Source: Lama glama (lineage: Eukaryota). Taken from it: 64,000 bases of DNA. Location: the NCBI GenBank assembly GCA_028534125.1, contig CM052817.1, positions 38,752,001 to 38,816,000 on the forward strand, given 5' to 3'. A program made the translations under genes and the position numbers. The notes under the pieces were generated by a model, which made no database searches, was not told where the DNA came from, and saw only the letters and a program-made list of their open reading frames with translations. Of the stretch, positions 13,101 through 25,100 are shown one piece after another (the first letter of the stretch is position 1; every line of letters starts with the position of its first letter).

Positions 13101-16100
13101 ATGCATGAGGTCCTGGGTTCAATCCCCAGTACCTCCTCTAAGATTAAATAAGTAAACCTAATTACCTTCCCCCACCAAAAAGAACAAACAAAAAAAGAGT
13201 TTGTTTCTTTCTATCGCAGAGTTGTATTCCGTGCTGTGGATATACCTTGCACACTTTAGCCATTCAAAAGGTAGATATATTTGAATAACCTTTTTTAATG
13301 TAAGAGAAGCAGTGCTCTGAAGCAGCATTTAAAAAAAACATTTTCCTTGAAATTTCCTAGCCAAATAGATTTAATGTGTAAGTCATCTTGTCCCTTTTTA
13401 AAAAAATATATATATACTTGTATATCTTTGTCACTTTCAAAATATAAGCTGCTCTCTATAAGACAATTTTTTTCTGCTGTTAAAGAGTTCTTTTTTCACA
13501 AAACTTTTGCAACTTTCCTAAAAATGATTGGACTCTACTTGTGATTTATATTTTTTCAACTGACTCCAAACTAATGGTGGGTTAAGAAAAACCTTTGCGG
13601 TTAACATTTGTTAAACAGTATTGTACAGGGCAGTGTGCTCAGCCTTGGTAATGCTGAGATGAGACAGTCTCTGCTAACTTTGGCAGTCACATTATGGATA
13701 TATTCAGAGACCTAAAATACTGAAAACAGCACGGAGATTTTTCCCTGATCCTTTTTGATAATCTGCTTCTTTTAAAAGTAGAGAGAGTCAGCGAGTGAGA
13801 GAGAGAGACTATTCATACCTACTACTCATATTTTACTAAGTAAATTTACACTGCCTACTTAGATAAACAGAGTAAGCAATGGAAACCAACCATTTGGACA
13901 TGCTCAGTTTTCACAGTGAATGAATTATCAGAAGGAAAGGTCCTGTGATGATATAGGCACTTACCTGCTGATAAGCCATAGGTTATAAGCTAATTGCATA
14001 TTGCACTCTGTATGAAAAAATGGCAAACTTTTTTTCTGCTGTAGAGAATAAAAAATTCAGAGATGTATTTTTTTCCCTCTTTTAGATGATGCCATAACTG
14101 ACTGGATATAAAAGGCTCCTATTTGTGTAACCCCTTGACATGTTGCTGTATTTCTGCCCATCACATTCCAGGAGAACATGCTCTTCAGATTTCATTTTCT
14201 AACTTTTCACAATATTTGATGTTCTTTTCAGTACTTGGAGATTAAAACATAAAGTTAATATATATTATAATAACTCTTTGAATTGCTTTGGTATTTTAAT
14301 TAGTCTGTTATAATTCATTAAATTACATTTTTGTGTGTTTATTTAATGAATTACATGGTGTTCCCAATAAGGAATAACTTTGTGTTGTCTCTTCTTTAGG
14401 GAGTTTTTACGTTTGGCAAGTCCATTAAATTGTGGTGCCTGGGACAAAAAACTGCTAAAACAGTATAGGGTCCACAAACCAAGTTCACTGAGTTATGAGC
14501 CAGAGATGAGAAGTAAGTTGACCTTTGAAGTTCCATTTTTTGGTTTATTTTATAAATGAAAATTATGTAGGGGACGAATATTATTTCAAGAAGTTTGACT
14601 ACGAATGAAAGGAAAGAGAAAGGTTTGTTGTTCTTGTTTCATTTACTGTTATTTAAATAAACATAAGATCTGATCTACCAACTGAAGAAGGGAGCATATG
14701 GGGATGGGGAAGGAATCATTGAAAGAAGCAAGATCCAGAGGAGATGAGAACTATGTGCAGAATAACCCTTGACTTGGAAGGGGGATTTCTCAGGGGATCT
14801 GTAATTTCTTTGCCTTTCTCAATTAGCCTTCGCTGCCTGGGTTAAAGAGTGGTTGACTGGATTATTAACAGGCCCTGGCTTTGCAGGACAGCTGCTGCAG
14901 GAGGACATGGAGGGCAGGAAAATGTAAAATACTGATAAAAGTAATTGAAGGGACACACCAAGGAGCATAGGATGGATAGAGGAAGAAGTGAAGTCAAGCA
15001 GCTAGTGGTAGACTGGGAGAAAAGGGATAGGTCGCTGGACTGGAGAAGAAAAGGGATAGGCCGGGCCCAAAAGCCGATGTAGTGAGAGAGAAAGAATGGG
15101 AGAACTGGAGGAATGATGCAGGATGATGGCAGTCAAAACTGGAGCAGTAAGACAAGCAAAGAAAAGGATCATGCCCAAGTTGTGGCTCTGGGGTGAAGAG
15201 CTAAAGCTTATGGTGGAACGGTGATCACAGGAGCGAGATGCTAGATGGATTGTTCGTGTGGACCTTGACTTACCCCTGTGCGCTGGCAAGAATTAGTACA
15301 GAGGAGAGGTGTGAATGCAGTGCCAGCAGTAGTAGGTGGCGGTTTCATAGAGGGATTTCATGATAGGATTGCCAATGAGGAGACTCCAAGGACAAGTGTT
15401 TGCATAAGGCTGGTGGAAAGGTGATGGGGAGGAAGAGTGTTAGCAGAACGTAGGCACTGCCTACCACTCCTCCATAGACCCGGGAGAAACACCAGATTCC
15501 ATCCACTCAACAGCTGTGGGGAAAGAGTATTCTCAGTAGAGCTCTCAGTGGCCCTGGGTGTCCTTCCAATGTTAATTTAAAAATTTTGTTGGTTTTTAAC
15601 TTTGCAATTTATTTTGTCTCGTTGTTAGCTATAGTTAAAGCATTTGCGTTGATGGATTGAAGTGACCTTTACTAGGGAAGCAAGCAGGAAAGAATAAAAC
15701 TTAGAAAAGTAAAATATATGTTCTGAAAGAATGTAATAATTATTCAATTCAATCCCATTATTTAGGTGAGAATCAGAGATTAAACAACCTTCAACTGTTA
15801 TTTTAACCTTAATTTTTCCTCCTGCCTTTTATTAATATTGATTAGTGAATACTGTTTTGGAAACCTTAAGATCTTTTGGGTTCTAACACAGTTTTATTGG
15901 AAAACAGAGTATTTGAATTTTTCTTGTCAATTAATAGATATCCCTTACATGTATATATACGTTTTGTTACTGTTTTTGTACTTTACACAGTTCTTTAGAA
16001 TTGACAAAAATAGTTCCTTTCTCTAAGAGAATATTGAAATATTTTTTATGGTTGCCTGAATGCATGGCACTCTTAAGAGAGGAATAGTTACATTCTTGTG

Positions 16101-19100
16101 GTTCATCTTGAGAGGGAAGATTTTTCTCCATTACATTAAAATATATTCCTGAAAAATAGGACAGCCTGTTTAAATTTTTTTGTTCTTGAAATTGTTACTA
16201 TTTGCATGCATATAAGAATTTTTAAATTCGAGTATTTTTATGATCTCTTGTTTAATTTTAGTAGTTATAAGGGAAGAATTTAAAATGGGGAGAAAATGGC
16301 AGAAGCGAGCTTCTGCTATTTATGTCTGATTTTTTTTGATAAAAAAGATGACCTATTTCTCTCCATTATAATACTTCTTGCATATTTTGCTTTCTTCTCA
16401 AAGAAAAATAATAAATAACTTTGAGAAATAAAAATATAATCTGATTTTTATAAATCTGTGATTTATAATTAAATTATAACAGTGGCTTGGACAGTGGTCA
16501 TTGGTGATTTTTATTCTTCTTGTATTTGATCTTTCCTTGTGCCATGTAGTTTCCAACATTTCTGCAATGTGTTACTTTAGTAATAAGAAGGTAAAAACAC
16601 ATCTATTTAAGTTTAGAGATGAACATAAATTACGTTAAAACTGGATAATAGCTTTGGGGTTTAAAAATAAAATTATTGTGTATATTGAAACTAAAGACTA
16701 GTATTTAAAAATAAATCAGCCTTGTAAATTCATTATTTTAGAAATCTATGTGATATTTTTCCCAAGAGATTTTCTTTGACTTACAGGTAGTATGATCACA
16801 TCCATGGAAGGTCTGGGTTCTGATAATGTTTTCAGTTTACACGAAGATAACCATTACCGGATAAGCAAAAGCCTAGTAAAATCTGCAGAAGGAAGTACTG
16901 TACCCCTGACCAGGGTTAAGTGTCTGGTTTCCATGACAACTCCACATGACATCAGACTTCATGGGTCATCAGTTACTCCAGCTTTTGTTGAATTTGACAC
17001 ATCCCTTGAAGGGTTTGGGTAAGGATTTTGCAAGGTAGACAAGCCTTATTATATTAATTTATACCTCAGTCTTGCCTTTGATGAATAGAACATTGGTTTT
17101 AAATCTACTTGATTAAAATATACTATATGCTATATATTTTCAAATGATTGAGTTCTTTGAGCATGTTATTTTAAGATTTTTGGATTCAATTATTTTCAAT
17201 TATTTATTATACTAAATAAATTGATATGGTATAAGAGTCAACAATCTAAGGCCCATGGTCCAAATCTGTGCTCGTAAGTTTTTTTTTAAATAAAGTTTTA
17301 TTATAACACAACCATATTCAATTATGTGTATATTGTCTATGGCTGCTTTCATGCTAGAGTGGCAAATTTGAGTAGCTGTAATAGAGACCATCTGATCTGG
17401 TCTGCAAAGTGTAAAATATTTACACTCTGGCCCTCTCTAGAAAATGTTTGCCTAGTGCTGATTTAGTACAATAAAGTTACAGATACTATGCAAATTAAAA
17501 TTAGATTAAAAGCTCTTTGACTGGGTTTTATCATCATTTTTTCCCTCAGATTAGCTTTGTATCTTATACATGAGAAGTATTCGGTTACTATCACATTAAA
17601 TGAGTAAATACTTTCAAGTGGCAGAAAAAGCTGTAGTAGCAGAAGTAACAAAAATAATCTATAGAGAATCTAGAAGAGTATGTTTATAAAGTCCATCAGC
17701 CTCAAAATGGACACATGCTAATAGAATAGATCTATGTTTATACCATTGTTTGTAGGATTCTTATACATTGTCTGAAACTCTAAATCGTGTTTTAAGAACA
17801 TTGTCGTGGGTTATTACTGAACAGTGAATTAAAACATTTGGGAATAGGCAAAAGTAATCAGAACAGTGGTTACAGAAGAGAATGACTCACTAGAAAGGGG
17901 CACAAGGGAATTTTTCTGTGGTGATGAAATTGTTCCAATGTCTTGTACAGGGTTACACATTAGTGCATCTTACCATATGCAAATTATACTTTGATTTTTG
18001 TTTTAATTTTTAAAAGTGGAAATTTTTAAAATACACCCTTTTAAATTCTCACATAATTAAAAGGAGAGGACTTTGTTAGGCATCTAGATTTATTCCATGA
18101 TCTCTTTATCTCTAGTTAATAATGGCAGTTTATTTCACTGTGGTAAGTACATAGTAATAAGAGAAGAAAACAGTTGCTCTCTAATACTTATGTTGTCTTT
18201 TCTTTAATAGCTGCCTATTCCTGCCCAGTTTAGCCCCTCATAATGCCCCTACAAACAATGCTGTCACAACAGGTCTCACCGATGGGGCCGTGGTCAGTGG
18301 CATTGGTTCTGGTAAATATTACTTTCTATGCTCATGAGATTCTTTTTTTTTTTTTTCATTCAGTGAATTATGTTTTATTTAGAGATTCTGCCTTTGTTGG
18401 CATCTTTTTTAAATATAAATATGAGTCAACACAAACTCTTTCATTGTTATTTTTCTACTTTCACTTTAGGTGAAAGATTCTTCCCTCCTCCGTCAGGCTT
18501 AAGCTACTCTAGCTGGTTTTGCATCGAACATTTTAGTTCTCCTCCGAATAACCACCCTGCCAGACTTCTTACTATTGTTCGCCGAGCAAATTCTTCTGAG
18601 CAACATTATGTGTGCCTTGCCATCGTTCTGTCAGCGAAAGACCGGTCTCTGATTGTTTCCACCAAAGAGGAACTGCTCCAAAACTATGGTCAGTAGCTGT
18701 CTTCTTCTTTCTGCTTCTTGCGATTAGTACAAGTGTTAAACTTCATTTTAAAATTCAGTTTTAAGATCCAGCTGGTAAATTCTTTTCTAATTTAAAATTA
18801 TAGACTAGAACAGGTTATATGAAATCTTGAATATTGTTCATCAGTGAAGTTTTAAGGCATTTTCAAAAGAAACTTAGAAAACAGCAGAGAGAGTTCCTTA
18901 AATAAAGATTCATCTCTCCTTGCCAAGAAATCGCAGCTTTTGCTAGGAAAGCAGGTTGCTTGTTTAATATATTTTAGTAAGGATTTTCATTGGCTGTGAA
19001 TTCTGCTTAACTAATGAATATTCATAGAGCACCTGCCTACCATATGTGCCACTCTGTGCTAGACACAATAACACAATTTAATTACTTTAGTCATCGCTTA

Positions 19101-22100
19101 CCTTCAAGACCTAATACATGCATTTAATAATCCTAATTCCTTCCAACATGTCATAATGTTACATTACTATGTAAGAGAACTTCATACTCAAGGCATTCAT
19201 GAAGATCTTCCTAAATGATATAAATAACATAAAATGTAAATCTGAGTTCACTGAATTTTATTTGCTCTGAATATAGGTATTTGTATATAAATATATCTCT
19301 TTTTTATTATCTAATTTTGTTTTTTAACTAACTAAATAAAATAATAGTACACATTGCTTCACCTGTGGTTGGTATTCACATATTGATTGAATATGAATGT
19401 TAGCTTCTCAATTAGACTGTATGGCTTCTTGTCTTCTTTAGGATTCTTCATCACGATCAGCACAGAGTTAGGCATCAATGTAGTAAGTGCTTTAAAATCC
19501 TGATTAGGACACTTTATCTGCCTCTTTTGTGGCATTTGATTCTGTTGATGTTTTCTCCCTATTTAAAACTATCTGTAGTCTTGCAATTTGAGATTACCTA
19601 CTCTCTGTTCTTTCACCGTTTCTCCAATGTCTCTCTCAATTTCCTTCAACAGCTTTCTCTTCCATCTTCTCTTAAAAATTAGTATTCTTCAAGCTTTTAC
19701 CTTTAGTCTTTGTAGCCAACCTGCTCTTCATGAGAGAAAAAAAAAAACACCCATTTCTGTTAGTAGTAGGTCTTTTTACCCCCAGGATCTCTGAAATTAA
19801 AATCTTTCAATTTGTCTGTGTCCCAGGCTTTATCTTCATATTTTCAACTGCATATTAGACATCTTAACATGAGTAGTCTTCCTTAAGCAGCTCAGACTAT
19901 AAGATTTGTTCTTAAAACCTGCATCTCCTATTTTCCTGTTTTGTTAAATGACACCCTCACTACCAGTTAGACCATTCGGAACCTCAAGTCAACCTTGAAA
20001 ATACCCCTATGCCTTTTTAATATTTCTTGAATCTTCTATTCCTTCCTATGCCCACTGTCGTAACTGTTTAATATTCCTTATCACTTACCTGGACTTCATA
20101 GATCTTAATTCTTTATTTGTTTTTGTCTGCCTACCCTGCTAGAACTCTTCAGTTCCCACACACAATATTATTATCTTTGTAATCTTGGGAGCCCTGCCAC
20201 CCGAAACAGTGCCTAGCACATACTAGACCTACACACATTATTTAAAGCCAAATGGATGAATGAGAAGAAAGAAAAATAAAGAGAAAGAAATACAGATGAT
20301 TTGAAAGGGAAACAATGAGAAAAGTGAATAATAATGGAGAATTTGGGAAAAGGATAGAATTTAATGAAAAAGTTAAGGATTAACTCTAGGGATATTTCAG
20401 TAAAAAATGTTTTCTAACTCTGTCATTTTCACTGAATGTAATTTGCCAGACTACTTTGGTCCATATATCACTAGAAATTTCAGTAACTTATACATTTGTG
20501 ATACATGTGATGTGACTACTGCAAAGATCCATCCTCTGAACAGCTGTAGCCCATTAGGATGCCTAGGTAATTAAGAGTTGTCAGAAACCAGAGGGCTCAG
20601 CAAATATCCTGCTACACCACTGAATACTGGGTATGTCTTAGTTTAAACCTCAGTCAGAATGTGAAACTCTTGGAAAATTTTTATAAGAAACATCTTCTAC
20701 AGTTCTCAAGAAGATTCAGTCTGTTAACCAGGGAAGGGAGAAGGAAGAGTTCCTGGTTTCACCCATGCCTTTTATCTTTTGTTTTGTATCCCTTGGTTGT
20801 GGAACACTAGACCTTTCAAAGCTATTTGACTCTGCTTTTTCTTAGTTCATTCAAATCTGTTGCTAATTAGGCCACAATGTGGATAAGATGCTGCCTTTTT
20901 AGGGGTCTTCATATCTGTAAATGTATATTCTGAATTGTCATTTAAAAATATAATCTCAGCATAAAAATATAATCTCATGCAGGTATTTTTAAGATTCCCC
21001 AAATAGAGTATTTTATTTGTAGTTCTTTCTTCAAATAATTTAAACTTAAAATTTTTAGTATATTTACATACATGTGCTTGTACTGAAAACTGGTGGGTCT
21101 GCTTTAAGTTACATGGTTAAGATCAGCTCTTTTTAAAAATTTTTCTTGGGCTGAGAGAAGGAATGACTTTCTAACATCTGGTTTCTGCTGCTCCCCCACC
21201 CCCCTTTGAATACTATATAGAAGGTAAGTTAATTTTTAACTAGCTTAACATTAAGATTAAATTAATACTTAACCCATTTATTTCCTAGCATGATTTGATA
21301 ACATACTAGGTAGGAGAGAGAAGCCAGATTAGAGTCAAGAAGTGATTGCAGCATGTTAGCAAGTCACCAGAGTTGTCAAGTGAAGCAGGAAACTTGGGTT
21401 AACAAATCCTTTCCACTCCCTAAATCACCTCTTTCCTACCAGCTGTCGCCAGGCTAGGGTCAGGGCAGTACAGCCACAAACTAGGAACAGGTAGTTGCCC
21501 CCTTGTATCATTGAACAGAGCATCCTTGGTTCTTGTTCTGACCAGTGCTGTGATCAGATACATGTCAAACTAGAATTTTAGAAGACCTTTTATAACAGAC
21601 CATGACAGATAAGAATCAACTAGTCTCTCTTTGTTGTCTATTGTAACTTTATTTTACTGTCTTTTTTTTTTGCTTTTTATTTTATTAGTTATTATAAATA
21701 ACTGTATGTATCTTAAGCAGAACAAAGCAAAAATATATCCCAGGTTTTACTTTTTTACTACAGATAAAGTTACTGAATGAATAGGATATTTTCATTTACA
21801 TCATCATATTATCTTAACATAGAGTCAAAGTCTAGATATGAATAATTGTTAGCATGAGGACGACGTTGAGTTTTTAATTTTTCCCCCTCTTTATTTTAGT
21901 TGATGATTTTAGCGAAGAATCCTCTTTTTATGAGATTCTGCCATGCTGTGCTCGCTTCCGATGTGGAGAACTGATAATTGAGGGACAGTGGCACCACCTG
22001 GTTCTGGTGATGAGCAAAGGGATGCTGAAGAACAGCACTGCAACCCTCTACATTGATGGGCAGCTTGTCAGCACCGTGAAGGTAAGCCTGCTTGTTGCTT

Positions 22101-25100
22101 GTCAGTCCCAACTGCCTTTACAAGATATTTGAGGGGCCGGTGTGTTTATTTGTGTGTGTCTGCAGGGGTATTTTTTTAAGTTGTCTTAATTTTAAACTGA
22201 CCTTAAGTACGCATTTGAACAGTGTGTGAGAGTCATGTGGCTGGCTAAATTCGTGTCACTTTATTAGAGAAGACTCGAAAGGAGTGCGCTAAAAAAATTA
22301 ATGTATATGTTAGTGCTTGAACTGGATTACTAAGTGCTTTTTCACCATCCAAACCAGTTGGATGGCTGGAAACCAGCTGGATGCCTAAATAAATGATGAA
22401 CACACTATTTTGTCACTTCATTGTTATTACTGAATGCAATCCAGTAGGTTCTATACCCCTTTAGAGCTGGAATTGTTTTTACTCATTTTTGTTTTCAGAT
22501 CACCCAGATTAGTCCCGGATAATAATAGTATCTGTTTCCTTATCATTTGTTGAAGGAATGAATGTATAAATATTACTCTAGATAGCTATACTGCATACAG
22601 TATTCAGAAGCCTCTTTGACTACATTTTCTTCCTTAGTGATAACTTACTGTGGCATTGTGTTTCAATATGATAAACCCTAAAATGAACTCTGTGGGACTA
22701 GTCATTTATTTTCTTGATATACTGGATTGCATTAGAAGTGGATTTATAGATTCTTTAGTAGGTTGCTCCTAAGTTATTTTTAGTATTACTGAAATAAAAA
22801 TGTTTTCAACTTCTTGAATTGAGAAGTAAGAGTTTATTATTGATATATTGACATCATCATCATTAACTATGCCAGTGAGAAGTCACAGTCCTGTGAAACC
22901 AACTTTAGTTCACATATTGACCTTCATACTCATACTGTTACCATCAAAAGGAATTCTTTAATATATGGAAGAAGAGATGGGTTCTGAAGCCCGGACAATG
23001 TGACAAAACATTCTATGGAAATGTTTTTCATTCCATCAAGTGATGAAAGCTGCTTATACCACCAGAAGCAACTTGATTTCCTTATCTTTTATACTCTAAT
23101 TATATATTTATTATGATGAGCTGAATGATAATTTAAGCATCTTGTCAGTAAACAGTAGTATGATTTTAAATCTGAAAATATATTTTTCATTGAGATTAAA
23201 CTGTATTTATAAATCGTAGCAGATAATAGACTATTCATTTTTCTAATATTTTTATAGCAGGTTACCTATTATAAAACACTTTTCGTGAATAATTTTATAT
23301 AACAGACTCACACTGAAAGTAACATAACTAATTCAGTACTTGAATTCCATAGTTGGAAATCTGTTTTATATCAACTTGAAAAATTCATAGCAGCATCGTT
23401 AATTTGGTATGCACACCAACCGCACAGTAACAGCAGCCCTGTTGGACTGTTGCCCTTTCTAGCATTAGATAGTTGATCTGTATTACAGCATTGAATAACA
23501 AATTTCCAGCTTGCATGTCAGGTTCTAGTATCTTGGCCTGCCCTCATGTTTCTCAACCCAAGTGCTTTTGTACATTTCTGAAGTCATATGGCTGTGGGAT
23601 AATGAAAATATACACAAGAAGTGGTTATTTTCCTGATGAAAGTGTTTGTGGTCAAACCTCACGTTTGCTTTTGTTTTCTGCATAGCTTCATTATGTCCAC
23701 AGCACTCCTGGGGGCTCGGGTTCTGCAAACCCACCGGTGGTCAGCACAGTCTATGCTTATGTTGGGACTCCACCTGCCCAGCGCCAGATTGCCTCACTGG
23801 TTTGGCGCCTGGGACCCACGCACTTTCTGGAAGAGGTTTTACCTCCTTCAAATGTTACTACTATTTATGAACTAGGACCAAATTATGTTGGAAGCTTCCA
23901 GGCTGTATGCATGCCATGTGAGTAACTTACTCTTTGTTCTTAAAGCTGTATAAAGCTTAACCTCCTGTGGTGTAGATGCATGAATAAGTACATGTGTGTG
24001 GCTAAAGCTGCACATTACATGTCTCTTAAAAAAGGGCCTTCTCCTCTCCTGTTCTTCAGCACAATACTCTCGACCACTCCTATTCAAAAGTGCTCTCCTC
24101 CATTGATCATACTGTCCTTTCTTGATCTTTGTCTTCGTGCCTATCCCTAATTTTCAGTTTCTCTTATAGGCTCCAAGATATAGGTGTATACTTTCTAACA
24201 GTCTACTGCCAACCTTCTTCTCTCTGTAATTTCTCTTATTACATGAAGCAGTTTGAAGTCTGTCTACTCTGGTTAAAGGAAAGAAGGATGGGTCTAGAAA
24301 ACACACATGTATTCTTTAGGTTAGACCAGTTAACATCCATTTTCCTCGTCTTTATTCCAGCAGTCCTTTCTCCCAAAAGGAAATTGGAATCAAAGGAATT
24401 GATGTTAAAGTATAATTCCTTTGCAGTACTTTTTCCAAATGATGTCTTCCATTCTCTTGTTCTCATTCTACCAAAGTTGTCATAAGAGTTGGAGCAAGTA
24501 TGTTGTAAATGGTAATAATCTTATGGCTAAGTAATTTCTTTCACTTAGGTTCTTGATTTAGATAGCATGAAATAATAGCTAACAGTTACTGAGCACTCAG
24601 TGTGTGCCGAATAAGTTAATATGCACAGAGGACATAGCTGTCTTGAGCCCTTCACATGTATTGTTCATATCCTCAGAACACTGGGACTTAAGTATTGTTA
24701 TCGTCCCCATTTTATAGACGAAACTGAGCTGCAGGGATGTATAGGTCACATAGCTTTTAAGTGATAAAGCAGAGGTTCAGAGTTAAGCTATCATGTTCAA
24801 AACCTGTGTTACTCTGCCATGTTGTCTAGAAGAATAAAAAGAGGCATAAAAGGAGGCTCTCATTGGGGAGGAGACCTCGTGGTGCAAAGATCATGGGCAT
24901 TCCACTCATTTTTATTCCCTTGTTCCTTGCAACCAATGGAAAGTGTTTTGTGATTTGTTTGATAGCAGTTAAAACTCTTTTTCTTTACATTATGCTGCAT
25001 ATTAAGCATACTTTAAGAGCAAAATGTGGAGTGCAAAAGCTTTATGACTGGATGGTTTTCCATATTTGTAATTAAAGAAAGAAATGAAGAGCTATTAAAC

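Noticed and set aside
13959..13967. Perfect minus-strand donor (ACTTACCTG = CAGGTAAGT), also at 53385-53393, as a sign of an antisense lncRNA
   Set aside because: One or two copies of a 9-mer in 64 kb is near chance, and I could not build an antisense exon structure from sequence alone.
23241..23266. Second possible 3-nt microexon (tag|CAG|gttacc)
   Set aside because: The donor GTTACC is very weak and the branch point is too close to the AG.
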